A stretch of DNA of 59,704 nucleotides, counting the filler, from Circinaria calcarea (taxonomy: Eukaryota), in the NCBI GenBank assembly GCA_051942165.1. It is 7 parts of 7 records of this genome, joined end to end, with 100 filler letters (N's around TTAATTAATTAA, not from the genome) between each part and the next. Parts side by side here need not be neighbours in the genome. Positions count along the whole stretch, not along the records: positions 34,208 to 42,643 come from JAVECS010001113.1; positions 42,744 to 51,178 come from JAVECS010001114.1; 5 more parts are not named here. The stretch is one strand, 5' to 3'. The translations under genes were made by a program, and so were the position numbers. Positions 36,090-48,748 of the stretch are shown here, one piece after another. Numbering within the stretch: position 1 is the stretch's first letter; the number at the start of each line of letters is the position of its first letter. The notes beneath the pieces are model-generated. The model was not told where the DNA came from. It did not search any database and saw only the letters and a list, made by a program, of their open reading frames with translations.

Positions 36090-39000
36090 TCAGACCTCCT
36101 CAGCTCTCTCGGTGGAGTGAGCTCTGCCTCCGAAGTGTGGACGCCATCTGAAACCTCGAAAGCGCGGTTGTATTGGTGGTGGGTTTGCCCCCGAAAGAAC
36201 GGAGCTGCTGTGTACGGTATCACGCTTTCCGACGACACCTTCTTCCTCCTTCCTTTCTGAAGTGCCGTTCTTGATTCCCGACGTCGCGGAAGTCTGGGAT
36301 TTTTTTGGCTGTCGCGTCTTCCAGCGATTTGTGAGGTTGTCCTGCAACCTGATCAGGCTCTCCAGGCTAGACGCGAGGCAGTATGTTGCCAGGACGGCGA
36401 CCACTATGAGGATGGCGAAGAGGGTGGTGCCTGCCTCGTCGGGGACGATATTATGGCTCATTGAGAAGATGGACTGTTGGGTGTTAGCTGGCGTGTTTGG
36501 CACTCGTGTTGAAGGAATAGTATGGGAAGTAGTCTTACCGCAATAAAGCTCAAAGGTAGATATGCGATGGTGATATATGTCAACATTCGAATGTTGTTTC
36601 CTTGTTTGATGGCAGTGCGGCTATCCGCCACACTTGTGACGGCTGAGAGCTGGATTGGTAAAAGATTCAGTTCTGAGGCATTCTGAGAGACCGGAAGAGT
36701 ACTCGGTACTTACCCCATCGCGTAGGCCAGTCACTTGTTTGATTTTGAGATCAATCTTGGCGTGGGTTGCAGATAGAAAGTCATGCTGCTTTCCAAACTT
36801 TTCCAACACATCTTTATAAGTCCTCTTCAGCTCGGCGTGGCGTTCCCCACGCTCCTTGATGACACCGTTAGTTGTGCTGGCATACTTGAAGTCTCTCTAT
36901 AGACCGGGAAACCCACCGTGTCCATCTGATGTACAAGCCACTTGTGCGCTTCTTTGATGCTTTTCAATGAATTATCGAGTCTATCGTCGAACATTTTGAG
37001 CGCTTCGAGGCCCCAGAGCATGCTTCTCAGGCTGTCAACTGCATCGTCGGCCTCCCAGTCGTAACCCTCGAGGAAAACTTTTTGCTAAAGGGACAAGAAA
37101 AATCAGCGCATCTGGTTGTTTTCCGCCACGGAGATGGCCCCGACTCACACCCAGCCTCACATATTCATCACATCCCTTCAATGTTCGGTCGATCTCGGCA
37201 GAAAGCTTCTCGCACAGTATACCTAGGAGCGAGAGAAAGACGAGGCTCCTGCCAGTTGACTGCTGGTGTTTAAATAGCTGCAAAACCTGTATCAACTCAC
37301 CAACATCGAATTCCATCTCATGGATCAAAGACGACCAAATGGAGCACGTCCACAAATACCCCTGAGAGTCTCCTGTGATAACAAGAGAGGACGACCGCTC
37401 TTCTATGGTGTGTTGAGTATTGTCATCAATACTCATGTCTCTCTTATTCTGCTTTTGCTGCATCATTTTCGGAGGCGGGAACTTGCCTCGTTGTCGAGGT
37501 TCGGTGTATCTATCCTTCTGAGGTAACGTTGATTTGGGGTCGAGCATATCCGATCGAGGTTCAAATGCCCAGTAAACCAGGGTGATTGTAGTAATCCAAG
37601 AATCGTCTTCGCGTACATTACTAAAACTGCTCAAAGAGCCAAAGTAGCTGTCAAAGGTGTCTATAGCTCTGGGGTGCCACATATAGACAAGCGCCTGCAC
37701 TATCGAAGGGCATAAGCGTTGCGCTAATCTATTTAAGCAAACACTTAGTGAATTGCACGTTAGCTAATCAACAGAGACATTTTCTTACAGTATTCGGTGC
37801 TTGACTCCGCGATCAACCATCTATAACAAGGTCAGTAATTGTGGTCACCTCGAATAGGCGGCTCGGATTTGCCATCCTTACACTGTCGCTAAGGCGTTCG
37901 AGCCCCTTGCTTTGATGACCGTTGAATAGGTTTTGTCTAAAACTTAGCGGCTCCAACTTAGTCTTTATATCTTCCGACACATCTTTAAGATTGCGAAAGC
38001 TCTCCCAGGGGGAGCCATCCAGCACCCAAGCCCACAGTTCATTGGCTTTTGTGTCGCCAGTATCCTCGAGTCGGAGGATATCGTCGAAGAACATTTTCCG
38101 AGAGTTGTGCAACTCAAAACGACTCCAAAAGTATTCGAGACTGAGGTCCCCACGCTCGTTCAAGCCAAGATCGAAGTTACTCAGGTATAATAGGTCTTCT
38201 GCAGGAATCTGTTGATGGATCTCATCACGAGAGTAATGCGGGTGATTTATATAAGAGTCGTTGGAGCTTCTAAAACTCTGTAAATATGTGCGCAGCCCAT
38301 GTCGGAGGTTGGTGTCCTTAGTCTGCCAATTTCGAAATCTGTCCGGAGTGTCTTCGAGTGATTGAACCCAGTCATCTCCGAAGACCATTGGGGTCAAGTT
38401 CTTTTTCAAGTCAAATGTTGCCACATTGCTTTGCGGTAAGGGAGTGAGCGTGACGGGCTTGGTCAAACCTTGCACGTCTAGTTGAAGTTTTTGATTGTCT
38501 ATATTTGTTGATTTCGATTTACCTGCTTCTCTGATATAAGGGTGAAGAAGTGTAGCACAAACAATGGCGGAGGCGTCAATATCCCACCACTGCTTCGACA
38601 TCTGTCTTTTACTTCTATCCCATGTCGGATGAAAGATGAATTCCGTTGATCGGAAGTCGTAACATGCTTGCTTAAGTTCATTGACTTCGGTCAAGTCATC
38701 AAACTCCACGGCTATCCTCAAAGCGGTGTGATGGTTCAAACAAGAGAGCTCCCACGGTGGCTCTTCTGAGATTTTCGATTTTCGTCTAGTAAACCCTGGG
38801 TTGATAATTGTGGTAGGGTTACGACGTTCAATCCGGGAGCGGACATTGGCTATACATCCAATCCTGGAGTTTGCAGATGTAGACTTATGGATCACCTCGT
38901 TACAAATAAGGAGAAGACGGTCAATCTGCTCATCCTCGGTTGTGTATAGATAGATATTTGGTTTCTTTGCTGGTCGTGTGAGTCGAAGAGACATCTGTTC

Positions 39001-41546
39001 GAGGTTTTTGATATATGCGCTCGTCCCGTCTTGGTCTGGAGATGGTCTGCGCTGAATCTTTCTGAGTAAATCGTAAACACAAATCGTGTGATACCACTGT
39101 AGTAGTGCTGTTCTTGGTTCTGCTTCAGGTGGTAACTCTCTTACCGAGAGATCCGGAACATTCTTCCATAGTGACGAGATGGATAGAATGTCTCCGGCGA
39201 TTTCAGGATAGTTGTCCAAAACGTACCAGATAGTAATTGAGACAAAACATGCAGCTTGCCAATATGGTTTCCATGGAGGCCGAACGAGACTATCATATGT
39301 CGAAATCGAGTTCGTCCAATCATCTTGATCGGGCTCGAAGAGTTGAACGTAATGATGTGAAATGGGGCGGATACTGCTGTACGGGTCTCCTTCATCTGAA
39401 ATTCTGCTGTGTCTCCTTGAGATATGAGTTCCCCGCGGGATTTTTGCCATCCATACTAGGACTCCCTTGATGACGGTCTGTAACCTTGATCTATACTTCT
39501 CATATGCGGCCACAGTTTGTTTATCAGGATCATCATCTTGTTTTTCGTTTTCTGCTATATTCTCCGTCGAGACGAAATTTTTAAATCGTTGGTTCAGGAA
39601 TTTGTCCGCTTTGATTAGTAAACGAAGTTGCCAACTGTGAAATATCAGTCATTAGGGAGGGACGACAGTATGTGCTATAAGTAAAAATGCCACTGACAAG
39701 GTGCTTTCAAGATTCACCGATATGTCGAACATCACACTTTGAATAAGTGTAATGGCTTGGGGCTCGTCGGAATCATCCTTTTTAAAACCTAATTCGATAT
39801 CTTCAACGTCGTGAGGCTCGTCTCTACCAAACGAAGCATCGTTCAAGCTTAGAGTAGATTTTATTGAAGCTGGAAGTGAGACATGTAGTGGCAGTAGTTG
39901 TTCATCTTCTAATTGTTGTGCGCTAAACTGCTGAGGCGAGGTATTTTGACCGGTCCTGCTGTCTTCGCTCAAGAGACTGGTTGTAAGAATTCGTAAGGAT
40001 TCTGAATCAATCTTCTGAGATTCACAATTAGGAAGAACTAATGACGAGAACGCTGGAAGCTCTGTTGTTGTTGGTATGGACTTCTTAGTAGAGAGATCTT
40101 TGGATCTGGGGGCCTCAGATCCTGAAAAAGGCTCTCCTCCTGTCTGGGTGGATCCCTCCCGGCTGCTTTCCAGTGATTCATGATTCTCGTATTGAATAGG
40201 TACGGCTGTGACAGAGCATATATACTCAACACATCGGGCGATGGCATGCGTATCATCCACATTAACTTGTTCGTGCTCCTCTTTTCCCCTAGCTAACCAA
40301 ATTCGACTTGTGCAATTAGCGCGGGCATCAGTGACCCCAAGTATCCCCTTAACATCCTCTGAAGACGGCGCGTTCTCCGGCATTCTCGGAGTTGCTCCAC
40401 TACCAAGAGCAAGGGCAAGAATCAGGATACATTCTTTATTCGCCTCTAGCTCGACCTCGTGGTCAGCAGAAATATCAATATATTTCTCAAGATGCTGTCT
40501 CTCTGCTTGCACATCGTCGTTGTTCACACCGGTACTCCTGCAAGATTTGGCTTTAGGGCTCCAGTTTATGGCTGTTCTCTGACCGTCAATGTAAAGTCGC
40601 ATGCTCAAATGGTATTGACAGGATTCTTGAGCCTTGCACATAATATCGTCTGAGGTTCGGCAAATCAGTGTCTTGCTGTCCTCTATGTACTGAACGCTAT
40701 AAGAATACTGCGGCACCGAGTGTAGAACGTTCGTGCAAATGCAGCCAAAACGAATTCTCCCTCCAATTCTGAAGCGAGCAGTTCTTTCCAACGGTGTTTT
40801 TTTATCGGTATTGGAAGTAGGCGTTTCGGTGCTTTCCTCTTCTCCCGGGGTAATGCGTGCAATCTGGTAGATAATTTTATCATCAACAAAAGAGCATGTT
40901 TCGAAAGTTCCAAGCCGGAATGTCTTGCTACTCAACCAATACTGCGTGTGAGGCCATCGATAATTTATAAGACCGTTGGCAGCAACCATCCCAAGTTGAA
41001 ATTCATCACCTGGATCATTTAATAATTGAATACCAAAGGTGCCTTTTCCACCAGTTAGATCCTGATTTTGAACTCTTGCCAGTATAGCGTCTGAAGTATC
41101 AGGAAAATCTCCACGTATGTAAATCAAACCACATTTTGGGTCCGGGGCGGTCAGCTGTAGCAGTTCATGCCAAATGGTGAGCGAGGCGGTGTAGCCATCA
41201 TTTCCAAAATCGGATGATTTGGCTGCTGCATCAGGATCATAGTGCATGAAACATTCGTCTGTATAATGCAGGTTATGTAAGCCAGAACTCCGACTATAAG
41301 GAGATGACTGGACTTCAGGGCTGGCTGACCGCAATCGATGTCATACATCCATTCCCATAAGACTAAGGGCATTGGCTCGGTCTTTCTATTGGCATCTTCG
41401 TCGTCCGCTGATCCTCTTAAGACCTGCAATGACCCTTGCGTAGCTTCGTCTCCTCTCTCGGTTTGTAAGGAGCGCTCGACACTCGCAGCCTCATGGTCAC
41501 TGGAAGTGGGCTGTGCCACCTCGTGGCTATCAAATTGATCTGGCAT
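36090..41546 (-). CDS. Very large (roughly 1,600 aa) multi-exon protein with a C-terminal CorA/ZntB-like two-TM module
   Basis: ORFs 41151-41576, 39652-41334, 37813-39513, 37035-37700, 36827-37021, 36621-36809 and 36090-36503 appear linked by GT-AG introns (not every junction was checked). C-terminus reads NNIRMLTYITIAYLPLSFIASIFSMS plus a second TM. Confidence 0.75.
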
Positions 41547-42171
41547 TTTGATATCGCGTCGAGGCACCTTGACCACACAGCATTACAAGGAGTTTTGAAA
41601 AAGCTGAAGTGAGGGATATACTACTAACTCCCCAAGGACACCTTGATCAGGCTCTGACTAGCTCTACAATTCTATGCTCGTGGTATGTCACACACTATTA
41701 TAAATAGAACTATTAAAAGCTCGTGCAGCACACCATATTGATAATATGTGCAAATTTTTGGCTCACTCACTCCAATTACCCACAACCAACCAACCAAGCA
41801 ACCACTAAGGCCGTGTCCTAATAATGCTCCAGCCTTGAACGCCCCGGAAAGGTATAGCGTCTGATAAGCTTGCAGCTCTTATCATGCAGATATTGTCTGA
41901 ATCCTGCAATACTCATAAGGCTGTGCGATGATCTGGGTTGGTCTTGGTTTGGGCGAGGTACTCGGCACCAAGCAATAGGAATCGGACGAGGAGCAGTGGA
42001 TGGCTTTTACGCCGCTCGCGGTAATCGTCACCGGATGGTCAGGGCCGGATAGGTCAGAGAAGGAGCATGCAAGCGTACAGCGTCGGCTTCTATCCCACGT
42101 GCAGCGGTGTTGGCAATGAATCACGGCGCATGTAGCAGACGCAGAGCTGGGATGGGAAAGAGCTAACGCTG

Positions 42172-42430
42172 GTGCTGGAGGTAGTTTACGGGCTTGGAAT
42201 GCTCTACGCGGACCAAGGAAAGCTGGACGAGACTGAGAAGATGTATCGGCGAGCCCTGAAGGAAAGGAGAAGGCGCTTGGGCGGGACTATGCATCGACAC
42301 TCAGCACGCTCAACAACTTGGGTGACCTCTATGCGAACCAGGGAAAGCTGGACGGGGCGGAGAAGATGTACCGGCGAGCGCTGGAAGGAAGGGAGAAGGC
42401 AACTTGGATGGGAGTACATATCGTCACTTG
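42172..42430 (+). pseudogene. Frameshifted TPR-repeat fragment of the type found in fungal NB-ARC/NACHT-TPR NLRs
   Basis: Two related units of about 125 bp encode LGMLYADQGKLDETEKMYRRAL and NNLGDLYANQGKLDGAEKMYRRALEG.EKA, in different frames. Confidence 0.85.
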
Positions 42431-42643
42431 ACTTGGCGATGTCATTGAGAGATACTGGACGAAGGGGGCACTGAACGATAGGTGCGAATTTTTAGCTGTA
42501 TTGAAGTCTGCAAGCCTCGACTAAGTAAGGTTATGAGACACACCAATAATTAAGGAAAGAGAAGAGCATGTCATCATAAAAGCGAGACGATAGAATAACT
42601 TCCCAGTAAATAGCCACAACCGCGAGCAGAGTAGAAAGGAAGG

Positions 42644-42743
42644 NNNNNNNNNNNNNNNNNNNNNNNNNNNNNNNNNNNNNNNNNNNNTTAATTAATTAAN
42701 NNNNNNNNNNNNNNNNNNNNNNNNNNNNNNNNNNNNNNNNNNN
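42644..42743. other. Artificial contig spacer
   Basis: N44-TTAATTAATTAA-N44. Confidence 0.98.
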
Positions 42744-44709
42744 TGAGGCATCCGTTGGATATAATGTGGACACGAAATCCTTGCCGTATCGACCACGACA
42801 GGAGAGGTCGCTGGACGATCAGCTCTTGCGAGAGCCACGGTTATACCCATTACAGGGGCAAACATCACACTCGCCACGAATAGAAACTCCAGATAGCCGC
42901 AGGTCCCACTCGCGGCAGACTTCAAACTCGAGCCTCGAAGATGAACACAACCCCTCAAACGTGCCTGCTCCATTACAATACCACCATCAGTACACAAGCG
43001 AAGCGAGTGGAATACGGGTTTTGGGCGATAGAGCATCACGAATGGCTGCTCGTCGATCACAATCTGACTCACCCTCGCCATTTTCTGCACAGGGCGACCA
43101 CCAAAGGCCGTCAAGCAAGACCACTGTCTTCGGTGGCACGCTTCCTCGTCCTTCATCGGCATATTCATCGGGCTCTGATCTCGCTCCCCGACGGCGTGAG
43201 CCTTCACCGCAACTTTCGCCAAATCGATATGCTCGTGCCACATCGTCCCAGGGCCGGCGCTCGCCAGAGTCTCGTCCACTTTCATATGTCGATTTACTCA
43301 ATGTGCCCTATCCTCAGCCTTCTCCGGCACCCGCCAACTTGGACAATTCGCTTCTCCAAACCGCAGTCGGCACAAATGCCTCACTTCTCAGTACCCGGAA
43401 GACTCTCGAAATGTACCGCGCCAATGTTAAGAAAACAAATGATCCTGCAATCCGATATGAATTTGCAGTGTTTATGATTAACGCAGCGCAAGAGGCAGCT
43501 GTCAATGAGGAAGGAGACGGCGGTCTCGATGGCAGTCAGACAGGACATGCCTCGAGCACCGAATCACAAACGCAGCTTCTGAGGGAAGCTCGTCATATCT
43601 TGCAACGGCTTTCCGACAGAAGCTATCCATTTGCACAATACTACCTTGCGGATGGATACACATCTGGCCTATTCAGCAACGGCAAAGTGGACAATGATCG
43701 CGCATATCCTTTGTTTGTCGCTGCTAGTAAACACGGGCACGCCGAGGCTGGATATCGTGCTGCTCTCTGCTACGAATTTGGCTGGGGAACACGCAAAGAT
43801 GCTCAGAAGGCCGTTCAGTACTATCGCCAATCTGCTTCTAAAAATCATCCAGGCGCAATGTTCCGGTTAGGAAACGCGTGTATCAAGGGGGATTTAGGAC
43901 TTGACAACCGGTCCCGGGAGGGTCTGAAATGGATGAAGCGAGCTGCCGAGTCGGCAGACTTCCAATACAACTCTGCACCTTACGAACTAGGTGTGCTTCA
44001 CGAAACAGGACACGGCGACGACATTTTTAAAGATGAATCGTATGCCGCCCAACTGTTTACACAGGCAGCAGACCTTGGGCATGCAGAAGCGAGCTATAGA
44101 CTTGGTGATGCGTACGAGCATGGGACGTTGAATTGTCCTAAAGATCCGGCCCTGAGCGTTCATTTTTACAACGGAGCCGCCCAGCGAGGCCATCCTATGG
44201 CCATGATGGCGCTGTGCGCATGGTACATGGTAGGCGCGGAGCCTGTTCTCGAAAAAGACGAGAACGAATCGTATGAGTGGGCGCGGAAGGCAGCCGAATA
44301 CGGTATAGCTCTCTCCCTTTCCTATTTCTGGCATTTTCAAATCTCCCCGAGCTAACACGCAAAACTTCTAACATAATGCCCAACAGGTCTTCCGAAGGCC
44401 GAGTACGCCGTCGCCTGGTTCACGGAAATGGGCATGGGCTGCCGGCGTGATCCGCTCGAAGCCAACATGTGGTACGTCCGCGCCGCCGACCACGGCGACG
44501 AGAGGGCCAAACACCGCATCGCCGCTATCCGTGCAGCCGCCTCGGGTGCATCGCCCATGCATGTTGCTGCTGCTCCGTCGGCTCCGTCTGCTCCGTGTGC
44601 GTCGCCAGACAAAGTGAACCGGAAGAAATCGAGTGCACCGGAGGCGGAGAAGGAGAAGGGGAAGGAAGACGAGGAGAAGGTGAAGGGGAGACGGTGGGGC
44701 ATATTCTGA
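42744..44709 (+). CDS. Sel1-repeat chitin synthase activator (Chs4/Skt5-like family), 5' truncated
   Basis: TLEMYRANVKK and multiple Sel1 repeats (AQYYLADGY, ASKHGHAEAGYRAALCYEFGWG, AMMALCAWYMVGAEPVL). Intron 44303-44386; ends WGIF*. Confidence 0.92.
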
Positions 44710-45709
44710 CGAAACCGTCTGGCGGGTTCTGGGGGGGAGACATTTTTGATGGGCGTTGGAAGCGCGGGAGATTGGCTTTTTGATTCTGGCACGGTCAAGG
44801 GTCTTTTGCATAGCAAAGGGGGCATTTTGTTTGGGGATGGTTGGATTGGGGGATTCTTCTGGGACATTGATGGGTTCTCATCGCTTCAGCGGCGCTTATC
44901 GACTCTCGGGGGAAAAAAAAAGAGGCAAACCGCGGAACAATGGAATGGAAATGGGAATGTGGCTGGCTTGCCCTCCTGATCCTCGGAAATCACATCACCT
45001 ACAACTACAACTACACTATTACCTAGACTAGCCATCAACTTATCCTTTTTGTCTTGCCTTTCCGTCTTCGGTCCTTGGGTCCTGCTTGTCTAGGTAGGTA
45101 GGTAGGTAGGAAAAACCCCTTTCTTCGTTTTTATTAATTTAATTTAATCGATTTAAATCAATTTAATTCAATATTAATTCAGAAAATAAAGGAAAGAAAG
45201 ATTTTGCTATTGTCTTAGGGATTATTTTTCGTTACCCAGTTCGTTATCAATTAACTAACCGTACCCGTCCTTGCTCACCTCACCTCATCCCTTCTATGTT
45301 AATGTCCATGTCCATGTATGGTAGTGGTGTATTATATTAGATTAGATGGATAGAACGAACAACATATCTACCATACCATACCTAACGTGAAAAGAAAGGA
45401 AGAAGAGGAAAGAAATTCTTGGGTGTAGGAGGAAAGGAAGGGAGGGATCTCTCTCCATTCCATTCCATTGCTACATTGCTACAGTTACAGCTACACTATA
45501 TGCTATCCCTCATATGGACCCTGACCTTCTACTCCGTGCTTAGGTAGACGGACAAGGCAGGAGAGGGAGAGGGATAGATGTTACATATAAATTGGAACTG
45601 AATATAAATGGTATTCTATTCTATTAACAATCTCCCAAAAGAAAAGTAACAAGGCCGGATAACCCCCAAAAAACCCAGCAGGTTTCCAAAGGGATTTTTA
45701 TTTCTATAT

Positions 45710-47405
45710 TCACACAAACTCCCCCGCTCTACTCTTCAACTTGGTCCATCCGCTCGTCCCCGTCCCGGTTCCTTTTCCCTCTTTCCCTTCTTTCCCACTA
45801 CCGACGACATCCACTCCTTCTCGGGCCGAAACCCCAGCAGAGCTCACCTTTGCCCCAGCGGGCGAACCGCCAGCGCCTCCCTCATCGCCCCCCTTTGCCT
45901 CTCTCCCATCCGTTCCGTCCTTCCCCATACTCGCATTCCCATCTTCCTCCCACTCACCATCCTCCAGCATCTCCCACTCGGCTCCCATGCGCTCGCTCGC
46001 CAGCATCGCCTTGACCTTCTCGATGATCCGCACGGGACTGACGAGTTTCCAGCCGCGCATGTATTCCGTGCCTTCTGCACTGGCCAGGAAACCGCGGGCG
46101 GAATTATGGGAGAAGTAGCCGATTGTAATTGGGGATTTTGACGACTCGGGGGTAGGTGCGGAAGGAGGGAGGTCCTGGTTTCTTGGCACAGCGGCAGAAT
46201 TTGCGGGAGACGATGTTGACGCTGTCCTTGTTGAAGGTGGAGGCCGGATGCTAGCAGGCGGGGAAACGAATAAAAGCCATGTGTTCCGCCCTATAGCACA
46301 AATGTCTTCCCAGGATTTGGAACAGACGTCCAGTCCTTGCGTCTTGCATACCCAAGCAATATCCCATGCCAGCAGAGTAATGGCGTCAACAAAGTATGAA
46401 TACGCAAGAGGATCTTCCTTAGCTAGAATGTGAAGGGGCTTGTCGAGGTGAAGGGGTCGAGGGCGGGGAACTGGTCGGGACGCAGGAGAAACCGAAGGAT
46501 GAATCGTTGTAGAGGAGGATGATTTGGAAAGAGGAGGGCTCGGGATAGTGGGATTCGTATAGGAAGAAAAGGGACTTGAGATTGTGGGGTAGGGATGTGA
46601 AGCGTTGGGCAAGGAGATTTCGGCAGGAAGACGGAGGGAGAGATAATGCGATGTTAGATGGAGAAGATGGGCAAGGTGAGCGATAGAAGTAGTGATTTGA
46701 GCAGGGTCTGCGTCTGACAGGATGTTGTTAGCCATATTGTACATGTACACCTGCGGGGCAAGGTGATATACTGTTGATTTCTCGAAGATCAACAATGGGA
46801 ACACCACCAATCATGTAGCTGTCTCGGCCTGCCTCGCCTTTCTGACGCTTCCGGGGTTTTAAGCCGTAGAGCTGAGCTGCTTCCTTGCACAAGAAAACTC
46901 GAGCTTCCGCCGACATCTTGTGGGTAGCTTGCCATCGGTTCTCGGATTTGGCAATCGACTTGTGGAATGGCTCGGTCGCGGTAGATTCCTGGCGCTCAAG
47001 ATCCTTCTTTGTGGATGCCAGAGCGGCGCGTCGTTGCGTGAGAAGAGATTTCCTCTTTGCGATGTCAGCCTTAATTTCCTTTACTCCTTCTCGGAGCATT
47101 TCGACGTGGCCGAGGATAGCTTGAGTGCGCTCGGTAGACTCATACTGCTCCGAACCTAGGCGTTCCACATAGAGACGGTTGGGAATAGAAGCCTCCGTGT
47201 TTCGAGGGGACTTGGGTAGTGGTCCAATACCTCCCGTGGCCTGGGCCTTCTTCACGACGTTCTCGACGTCATTCCCTAGGGTTTCCTTTTGAAGGAGGAC
47301 TCGGGCATGTTGGAGCCTTGGCTCATAGATGGCATTTCGGGCGCAAGTCGTGCAGTTAAACGGTAGTCGACTAGTTGCAGGCCTAAGGCAAATCTCACAC
47401 TCCAT
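45710..47405 (-). CDS. Atg14/Vps38 (UVRAG-like) family PI3K complex subunit
   Basis: N-terminal CxxC...CxxC (MECEICLR...FNCTTCARN), coiled coil, EARVFLCKEAAQLYGL, SHYLSLRLPAEI, LLAWDIAWVCKTQG. Intron 46771-46714. Confidence 0.85.
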
Positions 47406-48748
47406 GGTGAGGGTTCTCGTAAAGAATGGGGTGTAGCGGTTATGGGGGACGTCTGAGCTGCCATGATCTAGGCTAGATCCAGTGGAGGTCAATAAGGGAC
47501 AAAATAATGGAACCTAGAGAATGGTTGAATGAGAGAGGTCATAGTTTAAAGAGTGTTTATACGTGTAAGTACTGCGAGGAGGGATGCGGTCCCCGTGGTG
47601 GATGACTCCAGTTTCGAGGGTCAGAGGTTCGATAGAGCGGAATACGGCCTTCGACACCCACGAGACTAGCCTTATCAGAGCCCTTATCTTAGCGCCCGCA
47701 GTGGGTAGCTTCCCCCTTGTACCCTCGAGGTTGAATACGGTATATAAGATGTAAGCAACGAATGTCCGGCTACTGATGTCAAATCTGTCGAGTAAACATG
47801 AAGCTGCCATGAGATGCCGAGGAGGCAAATGGTTCGATTCACAAATGCTGGCAAAACCATCTCCACCGCACCTAGTTAGGAATGGGCTCTAGATGACATT
47901 CGGGACTTACTCAGGGCTTACTTTCATAATCTACGCGTACTGTTTCGTTGACCAGTAGTACATCTTCATCCTTCGGCTATGCCACGGTTTTCTAAGGAGC
48001 AGGCTATTCACCATTCATACGATGAGCTGCGTACATACGATAACTCGAGCTGCATTATTCTGATTAGCGATAAGGGTTTACTATAGGACTGTTGCCCTGT
48101 GTTAAACTAGGTCGTTCGATGCACCGGCCCCATACACCACGAAGGCTATCATTGGCTTACAGTCTACATAGGACAAACAAGTTCTGCCATCCCTTTATCA
48201 ACATATACCCACGGTCAGTCGAAATATACGTCTACTGCGCATCTTCTTGACAGCTTAGAAACTACCCTAGGTGCTACCAAGAGAGGATAAAAACCTAGAT
48301 AATCTATTTATCCTGTACGTGATGAAAACAAGTTCTTTGCAAGTATCTTTATTTTCCTTCTGTCTCTTCTCGTCCCTTTGGGGATCCTCTAAGGAAAACA
48401 CGAATCTGCATTCTTTCCGTAATGGTCCGCATGATTTCCAGGGATGATCTACCGGTGTTGGGGGTAAGAGGGTGACACTAGCTGGGGTTTTGGCACTGGG
48501 AGCGAGATTGGGGTGGGAGGAAATGGCAATTGAGATTGAGATTGAGGGAAGCGGGAAAGCGAGGAAGAGGAAGAGAAGGAAGATTAATGGTGTGATATAT
48601 TTTTGAATCAAGAAAAAGTGAAACATAGTTACATTGGCAAAACGTATACGACAGTACTTTCAAATATCCAGATCCATGCTCGCAGACTACATCCATCCAC
48701 AAACCCACAAACAATCCAAGCCGCATTACTACATAAAGGCGCTACCGC

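Noticed and set aside
44990..45500. (TAGG)n, CTACA-type and AT-rich short repeats
   Set aside because: Ordinary low-complexity sequence between convergent 3' ends; not telomeric or CRISPR-like.
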